Translations under genes and position numbers: made by a program
Shown: piece after piece, positions 59,419 through 64,000 of the stretch
Layout: each line of letters opens with the position of its first letter
Numbering within the stretch: position 1 is the first letter of the stretch
The notes under the pieces: generated by a model
What the model saw: the letters and a program-made list of their open reading frames with translations, nothing else
Database searches by the model: none
What the model was told of the DNA's origin: nothing
NCBI GenBank assembly: GCA_945865665.1
Contig: CAMBEE010000001.1
Coordinates: forward strand, 71,874-135,873
Source of the DNA: an uncultured Clostridium sp.
GTDB lineage: Bacteria; Bacillota; Clostridia; TANB77; CAG-508
DNA: 64,000 bases
Reading direction: 5' to 3'

Positions 59419-60912
59419 TTATTTTTTTATATTCAACATTCTTTCTAAATTAGTTATATATTCTTGTTTTTTTTCATTATCATGTTTTAAATCAGAATAA
59501 TACTGTTCTAAGTTCTTTATATATTTATCTTTATTGTTTATTTCTTCTAAATATGATTTGTTTTCATTTATTAGATTATCGATTGCTTTTAAATTTTCTT
59601 TTTTATACATTGCATCATATATTTTCTCATCTAATATTTCTTCTCTTAGTTTTTTATCAATTTCATTAAAGAACTTTTTATATTTTAAAATATTCAATCT
59701 TTCTAGCAATTCATCTAAATTTATTTTTCGAACTAAATCATATGAATTAATAACTGACCTATATATTATAAATTCAACTGGCAAATATTCTTTTTCCCAT
59801 TCCTGGTCAAAAAATATAAATTTTTTATCTATATAAAAACAGTTTTTAGATATCATATCCCAATACCCATTTTTCATATAATTTAAATTTTTCATTAAAT
59901 CTTCATCTGTTCTAAAAGTCAATTTATCATTGCATTGTTCATATTTTAAAGAATTTTTCAACAATATATTTTTTAAATCATTTAAAATATTTACTATTGC
60001 ATTTATATCATCAATTTTTTCATATAATACTTCATCTAAAGTTGTTTCATTTTTTATTAATTTGCTATATATTTTTCCATCTTTTTCATAATCTAATATT
60101 TCTATATTTTCATCCTTAACATTTTGAATTATATTTGTCATATTTGCAATATGTTTATTTGCTTCTTCATTTGCTGGCAATTTTTCTACAACATTATCTT
60201 TTATTATTGTCATAAGTTGATATTGTTCTTTTCTGCAATTATTGAAAGATATATATTTTATATCATTTTTACTTTCAAAATTTGATGCCTCCATAAAATA
60301 TGAATTTGCAAATATATCAAGCATTTCTGGTGAAGATGATATTACTGTTTTTAATACATTTTTTTCATCGAACACCTTTATTTCTTCTTCTGAAATATCA
60401 GGATTATATTTATCAATTTGTCCTTTTCCAATTTTAAAATTTTTATTTATAATTAGCTCAGCTGTTCTGTAGTTTGGAAAAGCATAAAATATGTTATTAA
60501 CATTCAAGTTATTATTTTCTATTTCATTTTCAATGCAATTTATTGTTTTTATTTTGTTATTATCTTCTAGGCTTAAAACTCCATTCTGTCTGTTTATATC
60601 ATATTTACTCCAATTATTAATTCCTAAACCATTATTTCCTATAATTAATATTTTGCCAGTATCATTTAATATGTTTTTAACTATCTCAATTATATTTTTA
60701 TATCTTTCATATCCATATATTAAAATATAATCATATTTAAGGCTTTGTTCAATTTCTTCAGTATCATTAATTACATTAACACTAATAAATTTTTTCCTTA
60801 ATTCTTTTGTTATATAATTATTTATACCAATTTGAAGTATTGTTTTATTTTTTTCAAAAGGATACCATTTGATTATATTTGAATTAAATTTTTCTAATTT
60901 ATCTTGATTCAC
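59419..60912 (-). CDS. Hypothetical protein with a Rossmann-like N-terminus and a long C-terminal coiled coil. A WbdD-like chain-length terminator or ruler role is possible.
   Basis: ILQIGINNY...ILIYGYERYKN...ILIIGNNG, then an about 90-aa heptad-rich tail. Located next to a Wzt-type ABC ATPase. Confidence 0.35.
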   Translation of the reverse strand: MNQDKLEKFNSNIIKWYPFEKNKTILQIGINNYITKELRKKFISVNVINDTEEIEQSLKYDYILIYGYERYKNIIEIVKNILNDTGKILIIGNNGLGINNWSKYDINRQNGVLSLEDNNKIKTINCIENEIENNNLNVNNIFYAFPNYRTAELIINKNFKIGKGQIDKYNPDISEEEIKVFDEKNVLKTVISSSPEMLDIFANSYFMEASNFESKNDIKYISFNNCRKEQYQLMTIIKDNVVEKLPANEEANKHIANMTNIIQNVKDENIEILDYEKDGKIYSKLIKNETTLDEVLYEKIDDINAIVNILNDLKNILLKNSLKYEQCNDKLTFRTDEDLMKNLNYMKNGYWDMISKNCFYIDKKFIFFDQEWEKEYLPVEFIIYRSVINSYDLVRKINLDELLERLNILKYKKFFNEIDKKLREEILDEKIYDAMYKKENLKAIDNLINENKSYLEEINNKDKYIKNLEQYYSDLKHDNEKKQEYITNLERMLNIKK

Positions 60913-60927
60913 TTACGTTCCCCCATT

Positions 60928-61830
60928 TTAAAAAATCTTAATATTTTGAACTCCATTAAACGCTAAGTAATTCACCTTAACCTTTAAATCTTCCATCCAT
61001 TTTCTAGTTTCTTTTGTTGTCCAAGGTCCATCATCTTCAGTTCCGTACATATTGTTTTCCCATATTCTTTGTGTTGTTGGCCACAAACATATTTCTGGTT
61101 TTACAATTTTATATAACTCCTCTGTTGCTCCTGCTTGTCCATGATGTGCAACTTGAACAATATCAGCTCTTAAATTTTCGCCTTGATTTTTTATTAATTT
61201 TTCACTACTTTCAGTTCCTGTATCACCCAAAAACAATATATCTTTCTGATTTACAGCAAATTTTATTACCATACTTGAATTATTTATAGAATTTGTTGTT
61301 ATTTCAGGATTTTTGACTCCCAATATTTTAGCAGTTACATTATCAATCCTTATTGTATCATTTATTTGTGGCTCTACGATTTTTTCTTTTATTCTTTCTT
61401 GTTCTATCACGGGGAAAAACATGTCTATATCATCTTGTCTTGATGGCTCATTTTCTATATACCACTGTTTATCATTTACAGACATGTATATTTTTTCGAT
61501 GTCTATATTTTCATTTTGTGATATAATTTCAAATGCTCCCGCATGGTCTGAATGTGGATGTGTTATAAACCAAGCATCTACTTTACTTCCATTATCTACT
61601 ATATATTTTTCTAATTGTCCTGCATCATCTGTTGTTCCACCATCAATTATTATAATTTTTCCATTTATTGTTTTTATTGCATATCCCATCATTTGTCTTG
61701 CTGAACACGGAGAAAATTCTGTTAATATTATATAATCATTTCTTCTTTTTATATAAAAAATACTAAATACTATGCATATTATTAATATTGTTATTATTGA
61801 TATTTTTACAATCTTCTTTTTTTCTTTCAT
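60928..61830 (-). CDS. MBL-fold metallo-hydrolase, membrane-anchored
   Basis: WFITHPHSDHAG. N-terminal TM. Confidence 0.75.
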   Translation of the reverse strand: MKEKKKIVKISIITILIICIVFSIFYIKRRNDYIILTEFSPCSARQMMGYAIKTINGKIIIIDGGTTDDAGQLEKYIVDNGSKVDAWFITHPHSDHAGAFEIISQNENIDIEKIYMSVNDKQWYIENEPSRQDDIDMFFPVIEQERIKEKIVEPQINDTIRIDNVTAKILGVKNPEITTNSINNSSMVIKFAVNQKDILFLGDTGTESSEKLIKNQGENLRADIVQVAHHGQAGATEELYKIVKPEICLWPTTQRIWENNMYGTEDDGPWTTKETRKWMEDLKVKVNYLAFNGVQNIKIF

Positions 61831-61906
61831 TTATACATTTTCCCCCTTTGAATATATAAAATTGATTTTTAATTTACAAAATTACATTTTTTATATAATA
61901 TTTAAA

Positions 61907-63223
61907 TCATAATTTTGTAACAGTAATATCAGAATCTAATCTATAAAGTCCAACGCAATCCTTATTTGATGTTATCTCTACCAATAGAGCATCATATTTT
62001 CTACTTAAGACTTCTAATTCTCCATTAGCATTAAAGTGTGTACAACTAAAAGACAATGTATATTTGTTTGGTGCTAAACTTAATTTTTGTCTAAATTCCG
62101 CAACAGCAGTATCACCTTTTTCAAACACACCTGTTACAATTTTTTCTTGAACTGTATTTGTCCCCATCATATCTAAACCTTTAAAATCTTTTACTGTCAT
62201 TGTAAATATTGGATCTGTAACCTTATCATGGAATACAACTTTTGATTTTAATACAACTTCCTTATCATTTTCAATTGATGTTAAAATATTTCCATCTGTA
62301 TCAAAAATACCAAAATCAATTAAATCTGCCTGTCCGTTTCCATATTCTATTATATTAGGATTTATTGTATAATTTTTCTTCCATTCACCTTGTGGGACAT
62401 TAACAGCTTTTACATTTCTTATATCCTGTTCCTGTTTTAACTTTTCATTTTCTTCAAGTTTTTCTCTATCTTCGTCTAATTTAACAATTATTTTCTTATA
62501 TTTTTCTACTCCGCCTTTTACATCACCATCGTAAATTTTTTTACCACCATTTATAATTATTGCTCTAGTACAATTTCTTATAACATCTGTGACATTATGA
62601 GTAACAAAAAGTATAGTTTTACCCTTTTCTTTAAATTGTTCAAACTTTTTAAAACATTTTAATTGAAATGCCATATCTCCAACTGATAACACTTCATCAA
62701 CAATTAAAATATCTGGATCAACATTTATTGCGCATGCAAATGCTAATCTTGCAAACATTCCTGAAGAATATGTTTTTACTGGTTGATATAAATGATCTCC
62801 TATATCAGCAAATTCTATTATATCTTGTTTTGTTGCTTCAATTTGTTCATTAGTTAATCCCATTACCTGTCCATGTTGATATATATTTTCAATTCCTGTT
62901 AATTCTGAATTAAATGCTGCTCCTAATTCAAGTAATGAACTTATTTTTCCGTTGACTTTAATTTCACCACTCGTTGGCGTAACAACACCTGTTATCATTT
63001 TTAATAAAGTTGATTTTCCAGCTCCATTTTTTCCTAATATTCCAAGTACTTCGCCTTTTTTCAATTCTAGATCAAGTCCATCAATTGCACTAAATGTTTC
63101 ATGGTTTTTATAAAATGGTAATACTGCTTCTAATAATCTTGCTTTTTTACTTGTATACATTTTATAATCTTTTTTTAAATTTTTAATTTCAATTATATTT
63201 TGAGAATTTTCTTGTTTGGTCAT
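61907..63223 (-). CDS. Polysaccharide/teichoic-acid export ABC transporter ATP-binding protein (Wzt/TagH-like) with a C-terminal carbohydrate-binding domain
   Basis: Walker A GKNGAGKST, signature YSSGMFARLAF, Walker B ILIVDE. An about 180-aa extra C-terminal domain. Confidence 0.85.
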   Translation of the reverse strand: MTKQENSQNIIEIKNLKKDYKMYTSKKARLLEAVLPFYKNHETFSAIDGLDLELKKGEVLGILGKNGAGKSTLLKMITGVVTPTSGEIKVNGKISSLLELGAAFNSELTGIENIYQHGQVMGLTNEQIEATKQDIIEFADIGDHLYQPVKTYSSGMFARLAFACAINVDPDILIVDEVLSVGDMAFQLKCFKKFEQFKEKGKTILFVTHNVTDVIRNCTRAIIINGGKKIYDGDVKGGVEKYKKIIVKLDEDREKLEENEKLKQEQDIRNVKAVNVPQGEWKKNYTINPNIIEYGNGQADLIDFGIFDTDGNILTSIENDKEVVLKSKVVFHDKVTDPIFTMTVKDFKGLDMMGTNTVQEKIVTGVFEKGDTAVAEFRQKLSLAPNKYTLSFSCTHFNANGELEVLSRKYDALLVEITSNKDCVGLYRLDSDITVTKL

Positions 63224-63303
63224 TTTTTCATTCCTTCCTAAGAGAGTAAAGTTAATTATATTTTTTAAAATTCACAAATTACTTTGTAAACTATAATCTC
63301 ATT

Positions 63304-64000
63304 TTATCTTTTCTTTAAAAGTTTTAATATTTTATATCTCAATGCAAATACTGGTTTTCCTAACAATGGCATATTCATTATAACAAAGTTCATCATATAA
63401 TATTTAAAATTTTCTGTTTTATATAATTTGTGATAAATATTCCATTTTCTAAAGTTAAAGTTTTTCTTTCTTTCTACCATTTTAAAATATTCATAAGCTT
63501 CTGTATTTAATTTTTGGATATCTTTCGGAAATCTATCATTATTTTCTACATATGTTCCAAATACTCCAAGTTTTACATTTATAAAATGTGTTCTTACCTG
63601 TTCTATTTTATCAAATCCATGAGATATTTTATTTGTACCAACTTGATTGTCTCCATGCTGTCTATATTTTATATATTTTTCAGGCATATATGCTAATCTT
63701 CCATATATTCCAACCATTAATCCAATCCAGTAATCATGAATCAAAAACCTAGAATATGTAGGTAATGGTAATATTTTTTCAATAAATTTCTTTTTTGATA
63801 TTACTGTACAACCTGTTACACAATTATACAAATAGTTAACTTTATAGCTATTTATATATTTTTCTATTTTTTTATTTAATAACATAAAATCTCCAAATGA
63901 TGGATATATAGTGTTTAAACCTTGGTCAACTACCTCCAAGTCACCAAAAACCAAATCTGCATTTTTCCTTTTCAATGTTTCAACTGATTTTTCAACTTTT
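63304..64000 (-). CDS. GT2-family glycosyltransferase, partial (N-terminus beyond the window edge)
   Basis: The C-terminal half of a GT2 fold. The ORF is open to the window end. Confidence 0.5.
   Translation of the reverse strand, partial: KVEKSVETLKRKNADLVFGDLEVVDQGLNTIYPSFGDFMLLNKKIEKYINSYKVNYLYNCVTGCTVISKKKFIEKILPLPTYSRFLIHDYWIGLMVGIYGRLAYMPEKYIKYRQHGDNQVGTNKISHGFDKIEQVRTHFINVKLGVFGTYVENNDRFPKDIQKLNTEAYEYFKMVERKKNFNFRKWNIYHKLYKTENFKYYMMNFVIMNMPLLGKPVFALRYKILKLLKKR

Noticed and set aside
1-64000. tRNA/rRNA genes
   Set aside because: The few GC-rich patches are repeats or hairpins and none folds into a cloverleaf, so I report no tRNA or rRNA; this eyeball check is weaker for tRNA than for rRNA.

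Overview
This is a very AT-rich (about 27% GC) chromosomal window from a Clostridium-like Firmicute. I found no rRNA, tRNA or CRISPR array. The window has four blocks.

(1) 0.4-9.8 kb: a sortase-dependent pilus operon on the + strand. It holds a signal peptidase I with a long N-terminal extension, a 1270-aa tip adhesin whose sorting signal reads MPKAG, an LPXTG major pilin carrying an E-box, a class C sortase, a small LPYTG pilin and a second sortase.

(2) 9.8-24.3 kb: a decayed accessory or mobile-element island. It contains a frameshifted Y-family polymerase with a yolD-like partner, an XRE regulator, a truncated response regulator, and two diverged 0.7-0.9 kb non-coding direct-repeat modules flanking a Zn-finger/HNH-like gene. 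It also contains a ToxN/AbiQ-family toxin preceded by 2.2 tandem 51-nt repeats and a hairpin, which is the architecture of a type III toxin-antitoxin system. Further elements are the perR-rubrerythrin-rubredoxin/GltS-like oxidative-stress operon with a 10-1-10 palindrome operator, SNF2-like helicase remnants, a candidate type I toxin/antisense-RNA pair, a C-terminal CnaB/VPNTG surface-protein fragment fused behind parA, a Doc/Fic fragment and an AAA ATPase.

(3) 24.4-37.4 kb: core genes. These are mgtC, PBP1A with an N/T-rich tail, a Xer-like tyrosine recombinase, a LysM protein, pepF, a DpaB-like flavoprotein, an acyl-CoA ligase and a MOP flippase. Two copies of a 234-bp MITE are inserted here, each with about 49-bp terminal inverted repeats and an 8-bp target-site duplication.

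(4) 37.4-64 kb: a - strand cell-wall rhamnopolysaccharide locus. It contains rfbBCAD, two GtrA/GtrB/membrane-glycosyltransferase side-chain glycosylation sets, a ChW-repeat GH25 muramidase, several GT2/GT4 glycosyltransferases, an acyltransferase-3, a coiled-coil WbdD-like protein, an MBL hydrolase and a Wzt-type ABC ATPase. A perfect 34-bp inverted repeat fills the rfbC-rfbB gap.
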